DNA of 64,000 nt, from contig NC_068981.1 of NCBI RefSeq assembly GCF_001194135.2, positions 12,978,532 through 13,042,531 of the forward strand, in the 5' to 3' direction. Source of the DNA: Octopus bimaculoides (taxonomy: Eukaryota). Positions 63,671 through 64,000 of the stretch are shown piece by piece. Each line of letters starts with the position of its first letter. Positions within the stretch are counted from its first letter, which is position 1. The position numbers and the translations under genes are program-made. The notes under the pieces were generated by a model. The model was not told the origin of the DNA. It saw only the letters and a program-made list of their open reading frames with translations, and did no database searches.

Positions 63671-64000
63671 GATAATAATATCGACAGGTAGTATTTTTGA
63701 AATTTAACAATATGGTTTTAATGAAATAAAATTATATTATTACTTTTCCATTGTATTTGAATACAAATCGAGAATTTTCTAGTAACACAAAGGAAACAAA
63801 TTAAAAGGATGAAATAAAGGATCGATAATACTACACAGAACTTTTTTTTTTTCCAGCGTTTTAGTAGCACGAAATCCTGTTTAAGTGATATGAAACATTA
63901 TCCACTACGAGCTTTAGTTCATGTTAACAAATCATTGCGGATAGAAGAGTAGAAAATCTGTGAAAATCTCTATACAATATATGTATTTTTTTGCGTTTTG

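Noticed and set aside
1-64000. CRISPR arrays, rRNA, intact tRNA genes, prokaryotic operons
   Set aside because: None seen. The sequence is eukaryotic, and the tandem units present are SINE copies or simple duplications without unique spacers of regular length.

Overview
AT-rich, microsatellite-dense animal genomic DNA with about 23 assembly gaps. It is very probably octopus (coleoid cephalopod); this rests on my recall of the SINE families and repeat landscape, not on a database search. I found no recognisable intact host gene, so the window looks like a large intron or intergenic region. It is filled with decayed mobile elements: three tRNA-headed SINE families (one as a four-copy head-to-tail array), three RTE and three CR1-type LINE fragments, two restriction-like-endonuclease (R4/Dong-like) LINE 3' ends beside (AAT)n tracts, a roughly 2 kb Penelope-like element (PLE), two near-full-length mariners, two Tc1 fragments, a pogo/Tigger fragment and several MITE or fold-back elements. 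The most striking signal is a set of minimal type-I hammerhead ribozyme motifs in unrelated contexts. Four are well supported (7617-7662 +, 43323-43380 +, 46801-46843 -, 57874-57918 +) and two are weaker (about 37200-37240 -, about 52010-52065 +). The four well-supported motifs have very short stem IIIs that are self-complementary (or one substitution away), as described for PLE/retrozyme hammerheads that work as dimers. One lies inside a roughly 300-nt partial tandem repeat (retrozyme-like). One lies in an inverted-repeat-bounded cassette that also carries a tRNA-like unit. One caps the PLE. All folds were done by eye and activity is untested.
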